From IMG/VR virus record IMGVR_UViG_3300024229_000001: DNA of 64,000 bases; one strand, given 5' to 3'. This DNA is from an uncultured virus (IMG/VR IMGVR_UViG_3300024229_000001) (lineage: Duplodnaviria > Heunggongvirae > Uroviricota > Caudoviricetes). The notes under the pieces were generated by a model, which was not told the DNA's origin, did no database searches, and saw only the letters and a list, made by a program, of their open reading frames with translations. A program made the translations under genes and the position numbers. Below are positions 15,862 through 24,927 of the stretch, piece by piece (the stretch's first letter is position 1; every line of letters starts with the position of its first letter).

Positions 15862-16314
15862 TTATCCAGTCAGGAGTTTGATACCTAATTGCTTCATAGT
15901 GTCTTCAGTCCAGATTTCGAAATGATAACCACGATCTTTTGCGTATTTGCTTGCGGCTTTCCATTTTGCTTCATTTTTGACATAGGTCATTACCTCAGTC
16001 AAATACTTTTTAGTCTGACGCTTAGGTTTTTGAGGAGGCACTGTTTGTCTCTTTGGTTTAATTTCAACCAAAACAATTCTTCCATTTGAAAATTTTATCT
16101 TAAGATCAATAAAATATCGATGAGCTCTTTTATCTGTAGGACACACATATGGTACTACAACTTCTTCGGACGACCAACCAACTATGTCATCGCGTCCTTC
16201 ACACCATCTAAAAGCCTGACGTTCCCAAAGAGATCTATAAGTTACCTTTGTTGGATCTCCTAGATATTTCTTAGGCTTTTTAATTGTGTATTTGCCTTTG
16301 TAAGTCTTTGCCAT
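15862..16314 (-). CDS. gp4: Head completion nuclease gp4
   Basis: KY.GDPT.V.YRSLWE, WSSEE, HRYFID, EIKP, N.AKW motifs. Confidence 0.93.
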   Translation of the reverse strand: MAKTYKGKYTIKKPKKYLGDPTKVTYRSLWERQAFRWCEGRDDIVGWSSEEVVVPYVCPTDKRAHRYFIDLKIKFSNGRIVLVEIKPKRQTVPPQKPKRQTKKYLTEVMTYVKNEAKWKAASKYAKDRGYHFEIWTEDTMKQLGIKLLTG

Positions 16315-16321
16315 TTTGCCT

Positions 16322-16357
16322 TATAAATAATCATAACTACATTCAACAATATTTATA
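16322..16357. promoter_or_regulatory. Pair of opposed late promoters
   Basis: TATAAATA at 16322-16329 (+, for gp48) and 16350-16357 (-, for gp4). Confidence 0.8.
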
Positions 16358-16369
16358 ACTGAGGTTGGA

Positions 16370-17137
16370 ATGGCATTTAGAGCTCCTTTAATATTTCCAA
16401 GTAATCTATACACCAGTAAATCTGGCTTTGTCACATTTACTGCTTACGATAAAGATGGTGGATCCATTGGCCATTGTGCTTTGTATATGCCACCCGGTGT
16501 TTCTTTTGCAGATGGTGCTGGTTACTCTACATTTGATATGGGTCCACTTGGTGCTGATATTGCTGCAGGAATTTCTGGTGGAATCAACCAAGACGCAGTA
16601 AAGTCTGTTTTAGATAGTGCTACTGCAGCTGCAAATGAAAATGCAGATTTAAGAACTATTATGGCAGGCAAGATGATTCAAAACGCCGCAATGGTTCCTG
16701 GTGCAGATAGAGTTAGTGATATTTACCAACAATCAAAATCTATTGCAATTAATCCTAATACTACTACAGCTTTCCAAAACATGAACATCCGCTCTTTTGT
16801 ATTTAATTTTAAATTGGTTCCAGACAATCAATCAGAATCAGCAGATATTAAAAATATTCAAAATTTCTTCAGAGAACTTATGTATGCTGACACCGCTGGC
16901 CAAGGTTATCTATTAAGTTACCCTGCTAAGTGGAAGATTCATTTTAAGAATGGTTTAGCAAACGAAAATCCATATTATCCAAAAATTTATGAAAGCTATT
17001 TGACAAACTTTCAAACTTCATTCAATGGTTCCGGCCATTTACATCATAGAGATGATGCTCCAACAGAAGTTGATATTTCGCTTACATTTCAAGAGACTCG
17101 TGTTCTTACACAAGCAGATATTAGAGGATTATTATAA
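16370..17137 (+). CDS. gp48: Baseplate tail tube cap gp48
   Basis: ALYMP, NP....F....RSF.F.FKLVP, SLTFQE motifs. Confidence 0.8.
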   Translation: MAFRAPLIFPSNLYTSKSGFVTFTAYDKDGGSIGHCALYMPPGVSFADGAGYSTFDMGPLGADIAAGISGGINQDAVKSVLDSATAAANENADLRTIMAGKMIQNAAMVPGADRVSDIYQQSKSIAINPNTTTAFQNMNIRSFVFNFKLVPDNQSESADIKNIQNFFRELMYADTAGQGYLLSYPAKWKIHFKNGLANENPYYPKIYESYLTNFQTSFNGSGHLHHRDDAPTEVDISLTFQETRVLTQADIRGLL

Positions 17138-17910
17138 TGCCTCATTATTTTAAAAACTTTCCATTAACGTCATACAATTTTCAAGACGATCCAAATTCAA
17201 GAACTTTAGTTGTTGATATTTTTCGTAATATTCGAGCCGATATTCAAATTGATGATGCAATGGCTTATACGTTATATGAAATTCAAGAGAATGAAAGACC
17301 TGATCAGATTTCTCAAATGTTTTATGATACTCCAGAATATTACTGGACTTTATTTATTATTAATGAGCATTTATATGAAGGTTTGCACGCATGGCCGAAA
17401 GAATATAATGAGCTTCAAGAAATAATTGCACAAAAGTATACAAAAACTTTTATAACTGGATATAGAGAATCTGGTATGACAGGTATAAATCATTTTGTGC
17501 TTGATCAGGAATGGGTTGTCGGAGAGCAGATTGTTGGTAATAACTCTGGCCACACTGCTACTATTTCAGAAATTGATACATTCATGAATCGTCTTGAAAT
17601 TACAAACGCAACTGGTAACTTTAGCAATGATACTCAGATTAATGGTCAAACATCTGGTGGTAGATGGGTTAGAACTGTTGTCTATGATTTTTCAGTTGAG
17701 GACCAAATAAATGCTGCCCATCATTATGAAGACATCGACGGAATGGAAATCCCAAGAACACTTTATTCTAAAGGTGAAACCGAGGTATTTGAAGTTACTT
17801 ATCGAGAATATGAAGAAAGACTTAATGATTCAAAGCAACAAATCAAAGTATTAAAAAAAGGATTTGTTGAAGATTTTGCTAGGGCTTATAAGAAGTTAAT
17901 TAATCAATGA
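17137..17910 (+). CDS. gp53: Baseplate wedge protein gp53
   Basis: YF..FP, ERPDQIS..FY..PEYYW, WP motifs (LysM-like). Confidence 0.88.
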   Translation: MPHYFKNFPLTSYNFQDDPNSRTLVVDIFRNIRADIQIDDAMAYTLYEIQENERPDQISQMFYDTPEYYWTLFIINEHLYEGLHAWPKEYNELQEIIAQKYTKTFITGYRESGMTGINHFVLDQEWVVGEQIVGNNSGHTATISEIDTFMNRLEITNATGNFSNDTQINGQTSGGRWVRTVVYDFSVEDQINAAHHYEDIDGMEIPRTLYSKGETEVFEVTYREYEERLNDSKQQIKVLKKGFVEDFARAYKKLINQ

Positions 17911-20129
17911 AGCAATCAGGTTTACATCCTACTAATTCTACAGGTGTAGGTAATCCCGGTGCGTTTCGAATGGAAATTAAAATCTATTCGGCGACGGGTG
18001 AAGAAAGAGATATTACTCAACTTGTAGATACATTCGAAGTCACCGAATCTATTTTCCAACAAGCTATGGTTGGAGAATTTAGAATCGTTGATGGCGTCAA
18101 CTTATTCGAAGAATTGAATATTACCGGTAACGAAAAATTATCTGTAGTTCTTCGCAAACAGTTAGATGGTCAAGGTCAAGCAGAAGATATGCAATCAGAT
18201 TGGTATATTATTGATATACCGTTATTTGCAAGGCCTAAACCAGACGTTCAAGCATATACATTGCGCTGTGTTTCAGCATTTGGACTTGTTTCTAAAATGA
18301 GACGAGTTCAACATGTAATGAAAGGTCCACCTTCAGATATTCTGAAAAGGTTATATGAAGAATGCGGTGTTGATGATTTAAATAAAACACTTGCTGATTA
18401 TAATGACTTTTTAAGACCAGATAATAATTCATTTAAGCTTCTAGTTGGTGATAGTTCATCAACAGGTGTAATGACTTATATTCCAACTAAACAAACATAC
18501 TCAGAAGCTATTATGCAAATTCTGTCGAAGACAGCTGCTCCAAATGGTTCTCCTTTCTTTTGCTATGAAACTTTTATTGGTGGCAACTCAGTTTTGAATT
18601 CGTATAACAATATGATTTCAACTGAAGAAGCTGATAATTATACACAATCATTCTTCTTAAGAGCTGATGCTATGACAGAAGCATCTTTTGAAGAACAAAG
18701 ATTGCGTATATTAGAAATTTCATCTAACCTTGGGTTCTCTCCATACAAAGGTTTTCGTGATGGTTCATATACGACTCGCACACATATTTTAGATTGGACT
18801 TCTAAGTCTTATCAGCTTCAAGATTTTAATGCAATGAGAGACGACATCCAGACAATGGATAAAGATCTTGTTATGCATCCAGATTTTAGTATATCAGGCA
18901 TTGATTATACAAACTCGCCCGATGCACATAACTTATTTTACGCAGTAAATATGCAGGCAATGTCTGATAAAGATGAAGTAAATATTCATGCTCATATGCC
19001 ATATATTGGCGCAAAGAAAAGAGCAATCATTTCTAATCTTGGCCAAATTGAGCATATAGTTAAAATTCACGGTGATCCAAGATTGCTTCCAGGCCGTCAG
19101 ATAGGAATGATAATTCCAAGATCCGGATCTGAAAAAGGCGACCGAGATGAAATGCTTTCTGGTCGTTATTTGATTGTATCTTCAATTCATACATTTGATA
19201 ATACCGGTTATTATACACGTCTTAAACTAGCTCGGGATGGCATTGACAGAGGTGACTTGCAATATAGACCAGTTGAAGGTGTAGCAGATGTTCGTTATGG
19301 AGATGAAGCATTTGATGTTCGACCACAAATAACTAATGTAATTGGACAGAATCCAGACGGTGGCGCTGGTGGACTTCAGCAACAAGGACCTATTGCTACT
19401 GAAGTTGTTCCAGGTTATGGTCCTGGTGAAGTTGATCCAGCATTAGCGGCCGCAGTGGCAAATTCAGCTGCTGTGACTGGTGATACGGCGCAAAGACAAG
19501 CTGAAGCAAATGGTCAATCTCCAGCCTCTGTTGCTGGTGACGAAACTGGATCCGCATCAGGCCAAGATTTTAGTGCGGGTGATATTGATTCTGGCGAAGC
19601 TCCATCTACTTCTCAAGCTGTTCAAGGTACAGTAGTTCCAGATGATCCAGCTTCAGTAATTACTGAAGTTATAGATTTTGGACCAGGATATAATATTGTA
19701 AGATTAGCTGATGGTCGTGTTGTAAGACGTCAAGGCGCAAGAAACTGGAGAAATCATAATCCAGGAAATATTGAAGAAGGTGGATTTATGCAAGCCCGCG
19801 GTTCTCTTGGTGGAGATCCTAGATTTGCAATTATGCCATCATACGCAGCTGGAAGACAGGCAAAAGCAGACCTGCTGTTTACTACATCCAGTTATAAGGA
19901 TAAACCAATTTCTGCCGCTATTGCTAGATATGCCCCTGCATTTGAAAATAATACTCAGTCATATGCAAGGCAAGTTATTTCGGCAGCAGCAGTTCCAGCT
20001 GACCGCGGTGGCCCTGACGCTAAAATGAAAGATTTGAATGGCGCTGAGCAAGAAAGAGTTCTTGACGCTATGGAAAGAGTTGAAGGCTTTAGAGTTGGTA
20101 CAGTGACAGAATTAACAGGATATAATTAA
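17907..20129 (+). CDS. Baseplate hub gp27-like protein with C-terminal lysozyme-like domain
   Basis: ESIF, PFFCYET, SGRYLIVSSIHTF hub motifs between gp53 and gp5; C-terminal RNHNPGNI...RFAI...IARYAP.ENNT..Y. Confidence 0.7.
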   Translation: MKQSGLHPTNSTGVGNPGAFRMEIKIYSATGEERDITQLVDTFEVTESIFQQAMVGEFRIVDGVNLFEELNITGNEKLSVVLRKQLDGQGQAEDMQSDWYIIDIPLFARPKPDVQAYTLRCVSAFGLVSKMRRVQHVMKGPPSDILKRLYEECGVDDLNKTLADYNDFLRPDNNSFKLLVGDSSSTGVMTYIPTKQTYSEAIMQILSKTAAPNGSPFFCYETFIGGNSVLNSYNNMISTEEADNYTQSFFLRADAMTEASFEEQRLRILEISSNLGFSPYKGFRDGSYTTRTHILDWTSKSYQLQDFNAMRDDIQTMDKDLVMHPDFSISGIDYTNSPDAHNLFYAVNMQAMSDKDEVNIHAHMPYIGAKKRAIISNLGQIEHIVKIHGDPRLLPGRQIGMIIPRSGSEKGDRDEMLSGRYLIVSSIHTFDNTGYYTRLKLARDGIDRGDLQYRPVEGVADVRYGDEAFDVRPQITNVIGQNPDGGAGGLQQQGPIATEVVPGYGPGEVDPALAAAVANSAAVTGDTAQRQAEANGQSPASVAGDETGSASGQDFSAGDIDSGEAPSTSQAVQGTVVPDDPASVITEVIDFGPGYNIVRLADGRVVRRQGARNWRNHNPGNIEEGGFMQARGSLGGDPRFAIMPSYAAGRQAKADLLFTTSSYKDKPISAAIARYAPAFENNTQSYARQVISAAAVPADRGGPDAKMKDLNGAEQERVLDAMERVEGFRVGTVTELTGYN

Positions 20130-22297
20130 TGGCTATGTTTAATAATAAAGATGGGTTTAAGTCTACTGATTTTAACTGGTTTACTGGTGTAGTCGAAGAT
20201 CGCCACGATCCATTAGTAATTAATCGCGTGAAAGTACGTTGCTTTGGCTGGCACACTGAAAACAAAAGAGCTCTTCCAACTGCTGAACTTCCTTGGGCTT
20301 CGGTTCTTATGCCTACAACTTCGTCTGGTACTTCGGGCGTTGGTGAAGGTACTCATGGCCTTGTTGAAGGTTCATGGGTTATGGGATTCTTTCGTGATGG
20401 TAGTGATGCTCAAGACCCAGTTATTATTGGTACTATTATGGGTACTAATGCCGAAGGTGCTGAACCAACTACTGGTTTCAATGATCCATACGGAGTTTTT
20501 CCAAGAGAAGCTGGTACAGACGCTGGTAATAGAGCATTAGGTCTAGATTCTGAAAGAGTTCGGCCAGTTGGTGTGGGAGAACCAGAAGACGCTTATGCAC
20601 CTCAATATCCATACAACAAAGTCCGTTTAAGTGAATCAGGTCACATTGTAGAATTTGATGATACTCCTGGTGCAGAACGTATTAATATCCAGCACCGAAC
20701 AGGCGCTTTTATTGAATTAAGACCAGATACATCAATGCGCACTCGTTCAAAGGAACGATATGATGCTATGACACAATGGATTGTTACAGTATCCGGAGAT
20801 GCTACTATTAACGTTGGTGGAAATATGTCTACCACAGTTCAAGGTAATATGACATCTTCAGTTGGCGGTAATTCATATATTGACACAAAAGGAAATTTGA
20901 CTTCTCGTGTATCTGGATCGCATTATGGATATGTTACGGGATCCACTATCTTACAGACAAGAGGCAACATCAATGTAAAAACAACTGGTAACTTGACTGT
21001 TGACTCTGCGGGTAAAATTGACTTTAGATCTGATGGTCCATTCTCAATTACTGCTCCATCAATGACTATTGACCTTCAAGAAGATTTATCAATTGTTGGT
21101 ACTAATATGATTACCGATATGTCAGCAACTATGGTTACTCAAGTTCCAACATATCAATTGACTACAGACACTATTAGAGCTGATGCAACGGCTTCACTTG
21201 ATTTGCATACTGTAGCATTTACTGCGATGGGTCAAGAAACAATAGACCTTGGAACTGATGCCTTAACTTTAGATGCTGTTACTTCGGGCTATATGAATTT
21301 TGGCTCTTCTTTAGATGTTTCAGCTGGATCCGAAATAAACATTGTAACCGCAACTATGCAAATAGATGCTGACGCCGAAATGAGTTTAGCTTCTCCAACT
21401 ATGAATTTAGATGCTGATGGAACTATGAATATCGCAGGTGGAACATCTAATATTGGTTCTTCTGGAACTACAAATATTAAATCATCTCAACTCGAATTAA
21501 ATCCAGGTGGTACAATGTCTCCTGGTTCTGCATTCTCTCCAGACGAAGCTCCTGAAGCGCCAGATGATCCAATAATTCCAGATCCAACTTCACCAAACAA
21601 TCTTCCAAAGGTTGGATTTGACGCTCTTGAGCGTACGCCATTTGAAGTACAAATCGATGAAGCTGATACTGACATTAGTTTCCCAACACCAAAATATTCT
21701 GTGATTAGTCCAGATGGAACTGCTGCATATTCTCAACAAGTTCTGAATCTTCAAAATGTCGGTAGAGCTGGAATCTCTGGCTACTCAGGTCAAAATCTTC
21801 AAAACATTACTTCTGATACTACAAACCCAGCTATTGATGGTAAGATTATTTACCAAGACGGTGCTGGGACAACTGTAAAATACACAAATGCTCATGCAAC
21901 AAGAAATAAAGAAATTGTTACTCAGCTTGAGCAGATTATTATTCAAGCTTGTAAAAACAGTGGATTATCTGCGGAAATATTCTCAGGTGGTATGACTCCA
22001 CAAAGAAGAACTGGTTCTGATAGACACCTAAATGGCTTCGCGGCTGATGTTCATCTATTCACGTCAGAAGGTAAAAGATTAAATGTTCAATCCCAAGAAC
22101 TTCGCGATTGGTGTCAACAAGCTAAAAACGCGGGGGCTACAGCCATTGGAGCCGGTGTAGGTTATATGGGTAACGTAGGTGTTCACTTAGATATTTCAGC
22201 TGGCAATACAGTTCCAGCTGGTTCTGCTACGTATTGGGGATCGGGTGGTCGTTCTGCTAATGCTCCTCAATGGTTAATTAACGTTATGACTAGCTAA
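20129..22297 (+). CDS. gp5: Baseplate central spike gp5 with C-terminal M15-like peptidase domain
   Basis: WFTGVVEDR.DP...RVKVRCFGWH OB-fold, ESGHIVEFDDTPGAERI, beta-helix repeats; C-terminal RHLNGFAAD...HLD. Confidence 0.9.
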   Translation: MAMFNNKDGFKSTDFNWFTGVVEDRHDPLVINRVKVRCFGWHTENKRALPTAELPWASVLMPTTSSGTSGVGEGTHGLVEGSWVMGFFRDGSDAQDPVIIGTIMGTNAEGAEPTTGFNDPYGVFPREAGTDAGNRALGLDSERVRPVGVGEPEDAYAPQYPYNKVRLSESGHIVEFDDTPGAERINIQHRTGAFIELRPDTSMRTRSKERYDAMTQWIVTVSGDATINVGGNMSTTVQGNMTSSVGGNSYIDTKGNLTSRVSGSHYGYVTGSTILQTRGNINVKTTGNLTVDSAGKIDFRSDGPFSITAPSMTIDLQEDLSIVGTNMITDMSATMVTQVPTYQLTTDTIRADATASLDLHTVAFTAMGQETIDLGTDALTLDAVTSGYMNFGSSLDVSAGSEINIVTATMQIDADAEMSLASPTMNLDADGTMNIAGGTSNIGSSGTTNIKSSQLELNPGGTMSPGSAFSPDEAPEAPDDPIIPDPTSPNNLPKVGFDALERTPFEVQIDEADTDISFPTPKYSVISPDGTAAYSQQVLNLQNVGRAGISGYSGQNLQNITSDTTNPAIDGKIIYQDGAGTTVKYTNAHATRNKEIVTQLEQIIIQACKNSGLSAEIFSGGMTPQRRTGSDRHLNGFAADVHLFTSEGKRLNVQSQELRDWCQQAKNAGATAIGAGVGYMGNVGVHLDISAGNTVPAGSATYWGSGGRSANAPQWLINVMTS

Positions 22298-22308
22298 AGG
22301 AGATTATA

Positions 22309-22602
22309 ATGCCTGCTGTAGTTGTTCAAGGTTCTGCTTCAACCGGTGATCCATGTGGAGCTCCACCAAGACCACCATCTAGTTTTAGTGGAGATGTAAA
22401 TGCTGGAGGAAAACCAGTGGTAAGGCAAGGCGACGCATATGCCGCACATGCTTGTCCAAATTCACCACCGCATGGTGCTTCTGCTTCAGCAGGTTCTGGA
22501 ACAGTAAATGTAAATGGTCAACCAGCTCACAGAAATGGTGATGCTATTTCTTGTGGAAGTAGCGGAGCTAATGGCGTTGGTAGCGTAAACATCGGTGGAT
22601 AA
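22309..22602 (+). CDS. PAAR spike tip protein (gp5.4-like)
   Basis: PVVRQGD, PAHRNGD, ISCG motifs with His/Cys metal ligands. Confidence 0.9.
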   Translation: MPAVVVQGSASTGDPCGAPPRPPSSFSGDVNAGGKPVVRQGDAYAAHACPNSPPHGASASAGSGTVNVNGQPAHRNGDAISCGSSGANGVGSVNIGG

Positions 22603-22617
22603 GGTATAAATAATAGC

Positions 22618-23067
22618 ATGAGTACAGAAATTCTATCAGACGCAAATCCATCTAGAGTCGGGGTAACTGCTAAAGTTATGGCCCGAGTAAAGCCATATAC
22701 TGATTTAGATTTACGTTTTAAGCCTCATCCCAATTTTGGTGATGTTGTACCATTAAAAGATATTGCTGCGATCAAAAATTCTATTCGCACTATATTATTA
22801 ACGAATAAAGGTGAGAGACCATTTCAGCCAAACTTTGGCTGTAATATTACTGGTTATCTTTTTGAGCAACCAGATCCTATTACATTATCATTTTTAGAAG
22901 ACGAAATTAAAGACGCACTAGGACTATATGAACCTCGCGTAATTACAGCTGATGTTAAAGTTGAAGATAACACTGACGCTAATGCGCTATTTGTTTCAGT
23001 ATCATGCATCTTAGTATCAACACAACAACAAATTGATGTTGAATTATTTTTAGAGAGAACTAGATAA
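22618..23067 (+). CDS. gp25: Baseplate wedge protein gp25
   Basis: YTDLDL.F, AIKNSI..ILLTNKGERPF.PNFG, YEPRV; late promoter at 22605-22612. Confidence 0.93.
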   Translation: MSTEILSDANPSRVGVTAKVMARVKPYTDLDLRFKPHPNFGDVVPLKDIAAIKNSIRTILLTNKGERPFQPNFGCNITGYLFEQPDPITLSFLEDEIKDALGLYEPRVITADVKVEDNTDANALFVSVSCILVSTQQQIDVELFLERTR

Positions 23068-24918
23068 ATGGCACAAATTAAGAACGTAACCGAACTTGAT
23101 TTCGATCAGATTAAAACTAATCTAAAAGTTTTTTTAAGTTCTCAAGAAAAATTTAATGACTATGATTTTGATGGCGCAGGGATGAATGTTCTATTAGATG
23201 TTCTTTCTTATAACACTCAGTATAATGCGCTTTTAGCACATATGACAATGAATGAAGCATTTTTAGATTCTGCACAAATAAGATCTAACGCGGTGTCCCA
23301 CGCTAAAAACTTAGGTTATACACCAAGATCTAGATCTGCTGCTGCTGCGAAATTAAATGTTACTGTAACTGGAGACTCGGAATCTCCTGCTACTATTTCT
23401 ATACCAAAGGGATATAATTTTACAGGACAAATCGGATCTAGTACTTATACATTTGTGACTAATGCTGCATTTAACGCTAATAAAAGTCAATTTAACAACC
23501 AATATGTCTTTAATCAAATTCAAGCTTACGAAGGTAAGCTTGTTAACTTAACGTACCGAGTAGATAATAAAGAACAATTTCAAAAGTTTAGAATAGCAGA
23601 TCCTAATATTGATACTTCTACTATGGTTGTGCGAGTTAGAGATTCATTAACCTCAAGTGACTATGTTTCCTATACTCATTACGATAATATTCTAAATGTA
23701 AATAATGAATCAAAAATTTATTATTTACAAGAAAATGGTAATAACCAATATGAGTTTTATTTTGGAGATGGAGTATTAGGTTATCAACCTTCGACAGGCC
23801 AAGTTGTGGAGCTAACATATATTTCTACAAATGGTATAGAAGGAAACGGCGCTAAAACGTTTACGGCAAATTCTTCAATTGGAGGATTTACTTCTATCTT
23901 AGTTGTAAATAGTGATGGCTTCGAAAAAACCTTAACTGGGGCCGAAAAAGAGACAATTGATTCGATTAAGTTTAATGCTCCTAAGTTGTTTGCTGCACAA
24001 GATAGAGCTGTAACTTCACAAGATTATAGATCAATTTTACTTGCAAATTTTGATTACATAGAAGATATATCTGTTTGGGGCGGAGAAACTGCGGTACCTC
24101 CAGTATATGGAAAAGTTTATATTTCTATTAAACCTAATGACGCAGAATTGCTAACAGACTCTACAAAATCGTCAATCGCTCGCTTTTTGAAAGATAAAAA
24201 TGTTGGATCAGTTACTGCAGAAGTTGTAGATCCAGATTATACTTATTTAAATATTGAAGCATTTTTTAAGTACGATTCGCATAATACTTCTAGAACTAAA
24301 ACACAATTAGAATCTGCGGTTAATCAAGTTATTCAAAACTATAATGATACTGCCTTAAAAAAGTTTGACGGTGTGTTTAGACAATCTCAGTTGTTGCGTC
24401 TTATCGATGACGCTGACCAAGGTATTTTAAATTCTACAATAAGAATTAAAATGCATAAACATATATTCCCTATTGCAGGTGTTACTTCTTCTTACAATAT
24501 TAAATTTTCTGCTCTAATGTATCTCTCAGATTCTGATGAATCTATTATTAGTTCCAATATATTTCACACAGACGATGCTGGTACCGAAGGCACGTTTACT
24601 GACATTGCAATTGCAGGATCTACTGACAGACAAGTTCAAGTAGTATCTGCTACAACTGGAAATGTAATTATTGCTAATGCAGGAACTGTAAATCCATCTG
24701 AGGGAACGATTAGTCTTAGCTTAAATATTACTTCGACATCTGTAATAAAAATATATGCTAAAGCTGATTCGAATGATATTGCTCCAAAGTTTAACCAACT
24801 TGTAGCTATTGAAGTAGATGACGCTGAAGATGCAATCGAAGTAACTGGCGAAATAGATACTATTGCGACGCAGGGCTCTGATGGCGCTGCTAATTATACA
24901 ACGTTCTCAAGACATTAA
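23068..24918 (+). CDS. gp6: Baseplate wedge protein gp6
   Basis: LDFDQIK.NLK, DYDFDG, FGDGVLG, AQDRAVT..DY, WGGE motifs. Confidence 0.93.
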   Translation: MAQIKNVTELDFDQIKTNLKVFLSSQEKFNDYDFDGAGMNVLLDVLSYNTQYNALLAHMTMNEAFLDSAQIRSNAVSHAKNLGYTPRSRSAAAAKLNVTVTGDSESPATISIPKGYNFTGQIGSSTYTFVTNAAFNANKSQFNNQYVFNQIQAYEGKLVNLTYRVDNKEQFQKFRIADPNIDTSTMVVRVRDSLTSSDYVSYTHYDNILNVNNESKIYYLQENGNNQYEFYFGDGVLGYQPSTGQVVELTYISTNGIEGNGAKTFTANSSIGGFTSILVVNSDGFEKTLTGAEKETIDSIKFNAPKLFAAQDRAVTSQDYRSILLANFDYIEDISVWGGETAVPPVYGKVYISIKPNDAELLTDSTKSSIARFLKDKNVGSVTAEVVDPDYTYLNIEAFFKYDSHNTSRTKTQLESAVNQVIQNYNDTALKKFDGVFRQSQLLRLIDDADQGILNSTIRIKMHKHIFPIAGVTSSYNIKFSALMYLSDSDESIISSNIFHTDDAGTEGTFTDIAIAGSTDRQVQVVSATTGNVIIANAGTVNPSEGTISLSLNITSTSVIKIYAKADSNDIAPKFNQLVAIEVDDAEDAIEVTGEIDTIATQGSDGAANYTTFSRH

Positions 24919-24927
24919 TAGGGTCTC

